A stretch of DNA of 64,000 nucleotides from Anthoceros angustus (Eukaryota; Plantae; Anthocerotophyta): assembly GCA_010909165.1 (NCBI GenBank), contig MU008180.1:743884-807883 (forward strand). Reading direction: 5' to 3'. The stretch's first letter is position 1. The number at the start of each line of letters is the position of its first letter. Of the stretch, positions 1 through 10,187 are shown piece by piece. The notes beneath the pieces were generated by a model that made no database searches, was not told where the DNA came from, and saw nothing but the letters and a program-made list of their open reading frames with translations. The position numbers were made by a program, and so were the translations under genes.

Positions 1-41
1 CATAATGACCTACTAACACAAAACAAGTAAACAATAAGAAA

Positions 42-400
42 CTAGCTCTCTAGATCAGGTGTAGGGGAGTCAAACAACCTAGGCTCCGTTCGCGGAGGGT
101 GCTGGCTAGCGATCCTCCGCACAGAAGCCAAATGTTGTGCAAAGCTCCCTTCCTCACTCAAAAGCTTACAGAACTTGTCATCCCAGAGTTCCTCAATACA
201 CTTTTCACCTATCTGGGTCAATCCAGAGGGCCCAGCTGTTGGTGGGGCAGCCGAACCCTTCGCCTTCAACCACGGAATCGGCACATCTTCCAAACATGTT
301 GGAACAACACAATTTTCATGAAACCGGAGATGTTGATAGATACAGAAATCGTGGTAAGCATGCCCACATGGTAGCACCACAAAATCGTTGCAACCATACG
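42..400 (-). other. RING-H2-like zinc-finger coding fragment (last exon of a gene, or TE-captured piece)
   Basis: ORF 42..413 contains LPCGHAYHDFCIYQHL...CVVPTC, matching the C-x-H-x2-H-x2-C...C-x2-4-C part of a RING-H2 finger. The first Cys pair is not in this ORF, and a TTTTCAG acceptor lies near 405. Confidence 0.35.
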
Positions 401-777
401 ACCTGAAAAACAAACCACACTACATCAGCCAAACAAGATTCAACCACACACTTGCCTGCAAGCAGCAGCAGCTGCTCCACCAACTTCCAACCAGCAGCTG
501 CTGCTTGCAAAGTCAGACCAACAACACTATGTGAAGTCTGCAGCATTAGTCCACCACCATTAGGACCAAACCACAGCATCAGCAAGGCAAGCAACACCAG
601 CTGCTCCACCACCTTGCAACCAAAGAAGAATGCGCTGGAGTGCACCGCTGTGCCGGATCACCGACTATGGGAAGTCAACAAGCACCCACCAGCATCAGCA
701 TTGGACCCCCAGCATGGTTCCTCGCCACAGTCAGGACCACACTGACCACAGCTAGGACAACACTACACAGGAAGGAA

Positions 778-1075
778 TACCACTCTCCACAGCGAGGAGC
801 ACCACTCTCCGCAGCGAGGAGCACCACTCTTCACAACGAGGAGCACCACTCTCCACAGCCAGGAGCACCACTCTCCACAGCGAGGAGCACCACTCTCCAC
901 AGCGAGGAGCACCACTCTCCAGCCGAGGAGCACCACTCTCCATGAGGAGCACCACTCTCCACGAGGAGCACCACTCTCCATGAGGAGCACCACTCTCCAC
1001 GGCCAAACACCACTCTCCACAAGCGAGGAACAACAATCTCCACAACCGGAGCACACTCTCCACGGCCGGGAACAC
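778..1075. repeat. 21-bp minisatellite (ACCACTCTCCACAGCGAGGAGC and variants), about 13 copies
   Basis: Directly visible tandem units; they explain the repetitive ORFs at 640-1084. Confidence 0.9.
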
Positions 1076-2014
1076 CACGGTCAAGTGTTAGAATCCACTC
1101 GGCGGTGAGGCGAGGTTGCAGTGAGGAATACCACTCCCCATAGTTAGGAAATCCACTCTCGAGACGGTGAAGAGTACCTCCAGACCACCGGATAGCGCAA
1201 AAACACGATTCAACCACAAACTTGCTTGCAAGTAGCAGAAACATGTGAGAGGCAGCATAAGCAATGCAAGCAGCACCAGTTGCTCCACCCACTTCCAACT
1301 AGTAGTTGCTGCACGCAAAGTCAGACCAAAAGCACTATGTAAAGTTTACAGCACCAGACCACCAACATCAGGACCACCACCAACATCAAATAAACTGTGG
1401 CACGACAAAAGCTTACCAGCGAATTTCCATAAACCGTTCAGTGCTATATTTGCCCTGCTATGGCGCGACAAGAGCCTAAAGAAGAATCTCCATGAACCAT
1501 AGAGTACTGTTGTTTTGAGCACATAAGATAAGGGTTATTAATTACCCTCATTATGACCTGACCCCAAGCCTTTTCACCCGTGTTTTATAAGGTGCTCTGG
1601 ATAGGGGTTCAAATCCGGATGACCTGAATTTCATGTGAGACCAAAATGACGGTGAGGCTTTCAATATTTTATGGTTAAATTATAGTTACTATATTGGAGT
1701 CTCCTACCATAGCCAAGGTGATAGCCAACTTCCATGATAGACCTTCCCGTTCAAATCCTTCGTAGACTTATAATCAGAGGTTAGTCTTCTACACAAATAC
1801 ACTCAGATCCTCATTGAGGATAATGACTGGAATACTCAAGGACTCGTTCCATGTCACGACTTAGGCCAAGGGTTGAGCAATTCTGGGTGGATACTCATTG
1901 ACATTACTGATCAGTCAATCCGCAAGATCTATCACATAACAAGTTCATGCTCAATGGTGCTCTGCACAACGTAGCGATGACTAAAAATGCGTGAATGGCA
2001 AGGAGCAGCCTGTA

Positions 2015-2104
2015 AGAAGAGCTTCAAAGGACAACAAAAACATTAGAAGAGCTACAAAGGACAACAGGAACATGAGAAGAGCTACAAAGGACAATAGGAA
2101 CATT
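2015..2104. repeat. 30-bp tandem repeat x3 (AGAAGAGCTACAAAGGACAACAGGAACATG-like)
   Basis: Units start at 2015, 2045 and 2075. Confidence 0.9.
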
Positions 2105-4030
2105 ATAAAGCGTGTTTCACGATCTCAACAATATGATGCGGAAAAATCGTTAAGAAATTGTACTGAAGTGCTGCAACTACAGCGTATGTTCACTTCACTG
2201 CTTGAATTTTGCACAGATCTTGGGGCAGTCCATTGAGCACAACTTGCCTACCTTCCATATTGGTACCACCTTCCTACATAAAATATATTTACCATGTATA
2301 TATGTGCGTACGTAGCAGTATGTGCTGTGTTCTGTAGGTAGGTCGTGCAAAATCCATGTGCCATGTTTTCCTTCCCGAGGATTCCCTGGAATGAATTATT
2401 TCATCACGCATCAGCATTGTACGCTCAGAGCTCAAGCCGATTTTCACACTAATTGATGTTTGAGGTGGCCTTATGTGGAAAATTCTACCCTCTTTGTGGA
2501 AAAAACTATATCCTGGCCTCGTTGGTTTGGTGACATTAGTGGGGATATCACATAATGGCCTTGGTCTTGTATAACATCCTTAGTCCATAACCAAGTCTCT
2601 ATCTTTTCATAACCTTATGATTCTCCGGTGCAAAAGGGATTTCCGATCTCAGCATATGTATTAAGTCTCCGTGCTCCCTTTTTAATTTTCATCCTCCAAC
2701 GAAGAGTCCACTTTCACATGCACATTCCCACTATTGGCCACTGCAGAGCGAGTGGAAGTACATATGCAAGTTTGACGTGGATTTGCAACCATGGATTGCA
2801 TGCGAGCTGGTGGAGCTGAAAAAGCGCCCAGGCCCAGTACCCTCGCATGCCCGGCCAGGGCCAGCGCCAGGGCCAGAGCCCGTTCCCGTTCCCGTTCCCG
2901 TCCCGTTAAAGGGGGCATCCAGTGGGCCAATGACGGATCATTTGGTGAGGTAGATACATACATGAGTGAAAGTAAATGACAGCGTTGCGCTGGCAGACAG
3001 TAAATACGTGGGAGACAAAAGGTGTGGGGCGTACGGCTGGGGAATGATTGGAGTGCGCGGTGGGCAGCGGGTAGGGCTCGTTCGGTAGGGGGGCGTAGGG
3101 TAGGGCTACAGTGTGTAACAGTAGGCTAGCCTACGTACTGGCATGGGCCCGGGGAGGCAACGGGACCGAGGGGCCCAGGGGACCCGGGATTGTTTGATTG
3201 TGTGGGCTAGGCGGCTAGGCCCCGCCGTGATGGGCGCACTACCTTTCAAGTGCCCGGCCGGGCCTTGGCCCACGTCCGACCCCCACTTCCACCCGGAATG
3301 GCGTAGAAGCCTGCAATGCGCGCCTCGAGGCCTCGAGGTGCTTTCTATTGCGGGTCTCACCTGCTGCACCGGCTCCGGCGACCGCTCCCCTAACGGACTC
3401 TTAACTGCCTGTTTGCGCCACCGACCGGTCGCCGACGCTGCGAGGGGGAGGGGTAAGAAAGAGAGCGCCAGACAGCCAGGTTCCAGCGTGCGGCTGCCTC
3501 TGGCTGGCCTACAGGCGGGGAGCAAGGCGGGTCTCGGCGAGGCGAAGGCACCGCAGCTCGACGCCAGCCTGCGACAGCCTTGCAGCCCGGCTGCGGCGTT
3601 TGCTGGTAGGACACGGCTCTGGGCTGTGAGCGGCATTGCTTGCTCCGGCCTGAGGCAGGCCTGGATTGGGGTCCAAGTGCGAGCAGCGGGGTAGAGTACG
3701 GGGGTGGTCCGTTTGGCGTGGCGTAGAGTGGTGTGTTTGGGCTAGGTAAGCGATGGGAGGTTGCTGTGATTGTGGCCCGGATGTGTGTGGCTTGCTCACG
3801 TTGTTCTGTTGTGATTCGGAATTCAGACTCGGGGCCGCGGGAGGCAGCTTGGATCTAGATGCATGGGGATGGGGGAGGGCAGGGCAGGGCAGCAGGATGG
3901 GGTGAGTGCAGTAGCTGCATTGGGGGACGGGAGCTGCGGCTCCGCGATGGGAGCAGCGTGACTGTGTTGTGAGGGTTTTGTGGAAGGGAGCAGAGCAGCT
4001 AGGTAGCCAGCCGCCGTCAGGGGAAGCGAG

Positions 4031-5290
4031 ATGTCGAGGTACGGGCGGATGAATAGACATAACCAGTCTACGGATTCTGAGGGCCTTAGTCTGGGGACTT
4101 CGCCGCCTCCGTCGCCGCGGCATCCGGTGTACTTCGTGCAGAGTCCTTCTCGGGACTCTTTCTACGGGGAGACGCCAACCCCGGGGCGGTCTCAGGAGCT
4201 TGGGCGTCCGCGTGAGGCTGGCCGCTCCAGGGATGTCAGGTCCGGGGAGCTGAATCGGTCGCAGGATTTCAGCCCCGTGGACTCGCCGCTGCACAGATCC
4301 TTCGTCAGAGCGTCTCCTGCTTATTCCGAGTCCGAGTCCCGGAACTTTGCCCCGCAGCCGGACACGCAGTCGTTCAATGGACAGTCGTATGATGTGAACG
4401 GCCTGCCCAACAGCTCGCTCAAGCCCGGGTCGAGGCGGGTTCTTCCGCAGCCGGGCTACAGCTCCTCTGTCTCCAAGAAAGGGTATATGCAATGGAACCC
4501 GGCGGTCACGTCCATTGAGGAGGAGGAGCAGGAGCCGCCTAGGAAGCCGCTGAAGCGGTTGTATGTGTATGCGCTCTGGGTGCTCCTCGTGCTGCTGCTC
4601 TTCTTCCTGGCTGTGTTCATCTTGTGGTTGATCACGAGGCCTAAGGCCCCGCAAGTGACTGTCAAGGTATGTGATCGTTATGTTTGGGACTCGTTTCTTT
4701 GTGCGAAAGCATTGTGCTGACTTGTGGGCCGGGTTGTCGCAGAGTATGAGCATCCAGCAGTTTAACTTGGGTCCAGGCACTGATCCGAGCGGTGTGCCTT
4801 CAACTCTCTTGACCATGAATTCGACAGTTACCCTCACCTTGCACAACCCATCCAGATATGTGAAGATGGATTACAACACTCTCGTGTTGCAATTCTTCTT
4901 CCTGCAGCTGGATGTGGCAGATGGGCAGGTGAGCATCTCATCACGTCTGTCACTCCTGGCTGCGTCTTCCTCGTTTAAGCAATGCTGACACGCTCTCCAT
5001 TGCAGACTCCGGGTTTCAGGCAAGGCAAACGGAGCAAGATGAATAAAGAGGTGGTGGTGCAATCGTTCCACAACAGCGTCCACGGGGCTGGAGCTTCTTT
5101 ACAAGCTCTGGAAGACTCAGGCCAGGACATGCCATTCAAGCTTGTGGGGGCGATACGTTCCAGTTCCCAGGTGCTGTGGAAGTTCATCAGGCCTAAGTTT
5201 GAAACCAGCGTCAGTTGTGACGTTTGGATCAACCAAAACCAGGGCACCAAAGACGGAGTTTTCTTTGTTACCAATCTGCAGTGCGCTTGA
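4031..5290 (+). CDS. CC1: COMPANION OF CELLULOSE SYNTHASE (CC1/CC2)-like membrane protein with LEA_2 domain; exons 4031-4666, 4743-4928, 5006-5290
   Basis: The N-terminus TDSE...SPRHPVYFVQSPSRDS, SLKPGSRR and QW...IEEE, a single TM helix, then RPKAPQVTVK and a LEA_2-like domain (GTDPSGV...TMNSTV...RPKF...CDV) follow the Arabidopsis CC1 family pattern. Both GT-AG introns are phase 0 and join in frame. Confidence 0.85.
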
Positions 5291-6171
5291 TCAGTCACTT
5301 CGGGTCACTTCTATTTCTTTTATTTGTGGCTCTTCCTCCATAATCCGCTTTACTAGAGTTGCCTGACGTTTTAATAGTAGGCATTTATGTATAGCCCTGA
5401 CACTATGGCCTGCCTGGACTGCCTTTTCTCTTCTGTCTTTAGTACTTCGAAATTAGGTGTCGTGTTGCACATGTTGCTTCTTTTGTTACGCGGGCTGCAT
5501 CTGAAACACTTCCGTATCTTGTTTATATCCGTCCTAGGCAAGGCTACAGGCAGAAAATCCGCCCGTAACTGCAATTCGGGTAACAAGTGCCGAAACCAAT
5601 ATAGACGAAGGAGATGCCCTGGCGACGTGCGGACTTGATGGTAGTGACGACACACCATTTTCAGTGATGACGTCATCAGATTCTTTCATGAGAGAAACTT
5701 GGTGAGGAAGCTTTGGAATAGATATGAAGCGGAGAAAAGACAGCATGTGCTGTTGACTCGGTGGAAAGTATGCTACATTGCAATATGCTAAAACAATAGT
5801 CCCACTCTCGAAGAGCGTGAGAACGAAGAGGCCCCTAGCAATCGCTGCAAAACACAAAGGGAGTTAAGATCAAGAAAGTACGCAAGATTTCACCACTCCA
5901 CCTAGAGCGTGCGAGAGAAAATACCTCAGGGCAGAAGGAAACTGCTCCACGCCCTGGACAGTATTTGGGATGATGCTTGCATCCCCGAGCACAGATTCGA
6001 ACACAAGCTACAACTCTTCGAATCCTGCCACGAAGACAGAAACAAAAAAAATTGACGATCTTCGTTTTCTCAAAGCCCCCCTAAAAAACACAGACACTAA
6101 GGTCTGCTGACACCATACCTCGGAGAACGGCTAGCTCTTCTCGAAATGTGAGAATGCCAACTGCCCAGCAG

Positions 6172-7326
6172 TTAACCTTGCCTGAGCTCAAACAGAGCCT
6201 GAGAAACGAGGAGCTGGATTTTAGAAGATGCAGCTGTCCTGTCGGGGGGACAAAATCTAGCAGACTTCTCCAAACACTCCAATGCTTTGGCGGGTTCACC
6301 CTTTTCCAGAGCTGCCACCCCAGCTCTGAACGCATTGTCCGCTGCCTCCATATCTCCAACCTGCAAGACCTTCATCGGCGGTTGAACCTGAAACCCTGCT
6401 TGCCGCAAAGCCCGCCCTGCAGTTGGAGTCAAGGACCCAACCTGCACAAGGGATTTTGTGGCACCACCTGTTCCACTCTCCGTCTTCCGGAGCAGATCCT
6501 CTGCACCCTCGATCATGCGTTGAATCTTACGAATAGCTAGCTGTTCGTCTGGAGGGCACGCTAAAAGGGCCAGGCGCAGATGCTTCAGGGCTTGCTCCGG
6601 CATCTGACCGGCTAGAGCCGAGATCCCGGCCGCAAACTCTCGATCTGCCAAACTTTTATCGTAATTCCTCACCAGCCCCTGTCCAACCCTGCCATTCTCA
6701 AGAGCAGGCCCCGATGCTGCCGGACGAGCGATCGAATCCGCCGTAGGTTTACCCTTGCTGGAGCTCCTTCTCCGATGAAGGACTTCCACCCCAGATCCCC
6801 TATCCGCTCCCAAGACATCCGTTGCCGTCCACGCAATCTGAGCCCTGGGTTGCCCACCACTGACAGACGGTCTTGCCCGCTCCCGGGCAAAGTTCTCCGA
6901 TTCCTGAATTTCGCCGACTTTCTTCTCCTCAGCAACGTCAGATCTCCTCTCCAATTCCAGAATTCCATCAATCTTCTTCTCCTCAGCAGCATCAGATGTC
7001 GCACCTCCATCTTCCTCACTCGCGCCTGCACTTGCTCCGTTGGCTGCTGGCAGGGGCTCTTGGGGTTTGGAGCCAATTGCGGTCCCATTTGAAGTCCCTG
7101 CGCCCCGGGCCTGCGGCTGAGACTCGCTGCACTTGGACAGAGCCGCCAGCTGGGCATTGGCACGAGCAAGCTCGTAGCAGGCAATGGATCGCTCGAGCTC
7201 GAGAAGCAGGGCATGAGGATCCTGGCTACCAGGTGCATCAGCAGAGATCGGGACAGCAGTAGAAGGTGATCCCGTATTACGTCTCAGGAGAGTGAAAGAA
7301 TGCATGGTAGAAACCGGATGCTGCAC
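6172..7326 (-). CDS. Uncharacterised protein with two copies of a TPR-like helical module; 5' exon(s) probably in 7350-7620
   Basis: 384-codon ORF with two related motifs, EFAAGISALAGQMPEQALKHLRLALLACPPDEQLAIRKIQRMI and AFRAGVAALEKGEPAKALECLEKSARFCPPDRTAASSKIQLLV. A TATA-like TATAGTATATAT lies upstream near 7620-7632. Confidence 0.6.
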   Translation of the reverse strand: MQHPVSTMHSFTLLRRNTGSPSTAVPISADAPGSQDPHALLLELERSIACYELARANAQLAALSKCSESQPQARGAGTSNGTAIGSKPQEPLPAANGASAGASEEDGGATSDAAEEKKIDGILELERRSDVAEEKKVGEIQESENFARERARPSVSGGQPRAQIAWTATDVLGADRGSGVEVLHRRRSSSKGKPTADSIARPAASGPALENGRVGQGLVRNYDKSLADREFAAGISALAGQMPEQALKHLRLALLACPPDEQLAIRKIQRMIEGAEDLLRKTESGTGGATKSLVQVGSLTPTAGRALRQAGFQVQPPMKVLQVGDMEAADNAFRAGVAALEKGEPAKALECLEKSARFCPPDRTAASSKIQLLVSQALFELRQG

Positions 7327-7869
7327 CTTCCACGCCAGGCGATCCCACGGCCACGGTCATCCCTCCCCCAGCTTTAGGTCCTTGCGCTTCGGCTCTTCCA
7401 AGCTCTGCAATAAGGGCTCTGCTGCTGCAAAATGAGAGCTGCCCGGCCTGCCGGAATCGAAACACATAAATAACGTAACGCAGATTGTCACACGCATCAT
7501 ACACAAACAAATCCAGATGGAGGCCGGGCACGCCCAGTAGCAAGGCGCCAACAGACGCTCCGCCTGGCCTGCCTTGCACATCCCGAAGGCGGGACGCGGC
7601 TCGTTGTTGCTCAAGCATAATATATACTATAATGTCTACGTGGCAACTCCTTTTTCTGATTTTGAAATACAACTTTGACAGGTAACTTCTCGGCCGCTCT
7701 TGTTCTCACACGTGTACGGAGAATGTAAAATAGAGTGACTTTACCATCGCTTGTTGTCTGGGTGGTGTATGTGGTTGTAACAATAGTCACATACACTCCC
7801 AGAACCTGGAGATTTTATAAAGAAGCATACATGGGAAAATACATTTACCCAAAGCTGATGGGAACTACC

Positions 7870-8123
7870 CACAAGATAGCCGAAGGCCAATTGGGGCTAG
7901 CCCCATGAATGTTGGACCTCTAGCTACCTACCGTTCCAAGAATATTGTGGTCAGTGATAAAGAAAAGGCCTATGACATGGCATAAACCGACCACTGCACA
8001 AGATAGCCGAAGGCCAATTGGGGCTAGCCCCATGAATGTTGGACCTCTAGCTACCTACCGTTCCAAGAATATTGTGGTCAGTGATAAAGAAAAGGCCTAT
8101 GACATGGCATAAACCGACCACTG
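7870..8123. repeat. 127-bp tandem duplication
   Basis: 7870-7996 is repeated at 7997-8123 with no difference seen by eye. Confidence 0.92.
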
Positions 8124-9197
8124 GCTATGTACATAAATAAAGATGATAGACTGAGCGTAGCTAGGATGGGATGTGGATGCATGTCAAGTATATGGATGAC
8201 ATATGCATGTGGATGATCGATGGCATGTGGCATGTTGGATGGCCATGGATAGAAGGATGTGTCTATAGATATTTAGATTAATTCTAGATCTTAGGATATC
8301 TACAAAAAGGGAAAGTATATTTAAATAGAAAGAATAAAAAGGAATATTTAGCAAGTTATATGTCTTGGCATGTTGAGGAGAAGTTGGAGTGGTTGTCCGC
8401 AAGTGCCCTACAAAAAGGGCGTCTAGAGGGAGGAAGTTGGAGTGGTTGTCCGCAAGTACAGGCCAAAGAGCTGTCAGTCCAATTTGGTGAGAGTCTGTCA
8501 AGGAATGACAACAATGTTTGTGTGACTCTATGGGTGAGAGAAATCCCATTGATTATTCGTAATTATTTTATAGCACTAGATCCATTGTTCAGTGATTTAG
8601 CTTAGCACAAATAGAACCAACTTAATTCTTGGAAAGACTGTGGATAGAAGCTATTGATGTGCCAGCATGGTTAGCCAATTGGTACAACTAGGAGTGTCAT
8701 ATGATGCCATATCCACTATGTAGTTAGGCATAGGTCTGCTAACTAGGCATGGTAGTGCTGAGGTCTGGTTGGACGAACGAGCAAACTCCTATGCAGGAAA
8801 CTAGAGGTGGAGAATAGCGTTGGCCTTTCGTTTGGAAGAGTGGAGAATTTACCTCGAGTTCCAATCTCGTTAGATCTCTGCAGCCGGAAGAGAACAGTGA
8901 CATAGTGAGAATGAGGCACGAAATAGTGCCAAGTAAGAATGACGTTTTTACCGGGAGACATGGGACCATGTCTCTAGCATATTTTGAGGAAAAGTTTCGG
9001 TGCAAAAGATTGTGGCTAAGGGAGAGACTGTCCAACCAACAAAGGCGGATGCAGGATACTGGAGTCAAGACTCTGAGAGAGGCGGCTTAGATATTTATGG
9101 CGGCTTTGGCTCCAAGGCAATGACGGAAGGTGGCCGATGTTGTTCATTCAATGTATGGTGATCGACTTACCAGTTGATCAATAGCTGAGAAGGTGTT

Positions 9198-9650
9198 GAA
9201 GGGTGACGCAGTCACTAACCCGTACCGGGAAGAGCATAATCTGGTAAGAGGAAGCCACAATTTAGGTAACCATAGTGCTGGCACGTATCAGCAGAAATCT
9301 GGACTTGGACAACAAAGCCAGTCAACTGGTTATTCAAAGTCTGTTGCACCCAGGGAGAAGCTTGCGAACACAGCTGGAGTAGTCGCTATCAAGCATACAC
9401 ACTCCATGACGCAGTTGCCTGCGTCACCCTTCCTGCTGAAGGGTGACGCAATCACTAACGCCTATAGGGAAGAGCATAGTGTGGTAAGAGGAAGCCATGA
9501 TTCAGGTAACTAGAGTGCTTGCAGGTATCAGCTTCTAGAAATCCGGACACGGACAGTTGGGCTAGTCATCCGATTATTCGAAGTCTGCTGAACCCAGGGA
9601 GAAGGTTGTGAACACTGCTGAAGGAGTTACTATCAAGCGTACACGTTGTC
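9198..9650. repeat. Diverged ~240-bp tandem duplication
   Basis: GAAGGGTGACGCA...GGTAAGAGGAAGCCA recurs at 9198 and 9438, and downstream motifs (CCCAGGGAGAAG, TATCAAGC) recur at about the same period. Confidence 0.8.
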
Positions 9651-10187
9651 ATGGAGCGCATCGATCAAGTGAATGTGAGTATAGACCCGGAGCGTTGACA
9701 GGCAAGGAAAATTGCAAGGCGTGTAACAGGTGGAGTCACATTGGTAGCGTGTTAGCAAGCTCATCCTGAGCTTCATCCAAATTTAAAGGAAGCCACTGAC
9801 ATTGCAACAAAATCAAAGGCTAAGTGCGGACCCACGAGGAGGGCGCTCATAAGGCAATATAGTTGTCCATGGCCACGCTAAGCGCATACATGGCTAGCAA
9901 AAGAAGCGCAACAAAGCTTCAAGGTCTGGATGAGCCTGCAAAATAAGATCAACCCAAGATGTCCTGGAACAAGGAAAAACAAAGGAAAAGCTACGTGGCA
10001 AAATCTTAAAGCCGCTAACAACCCCCCTGCAAAAACACGTGAACAAAACATAACGGAGAACCAATTTTTGCACCAAGTCACCAATTGTCGAACCAACGAG
10101 CAGTAAACCGCTTTAGAATGCAGGTCTCCTAAATTAGTGGGGCAAGAGGACGGAGATCATCCTCGCTGCCTTCGTACATCGGCTTTG

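Noticed and set aside
1606-1616. GGTTCAAATCC, a tRNA T-loop/B-box-like motif
   Set aside because: There is no 5-bp T-stem, acceptor stem or A-box at the right spacing, so it is not a tRNA; a SINE is unsupported.
3509-4846. 445-aa minus-strand ORF
   Set aside because: It is the antisense shadow of the GC-rich CC1-like exon and leader, with no recognisable domain.
5371-6030. Small minus-strand ORFs or exon-like pieces (one Cys-rich)
   Set aside because: They cannot be joined convincingly to a gene and are probably 3' UTRs of the convergent neighbours.
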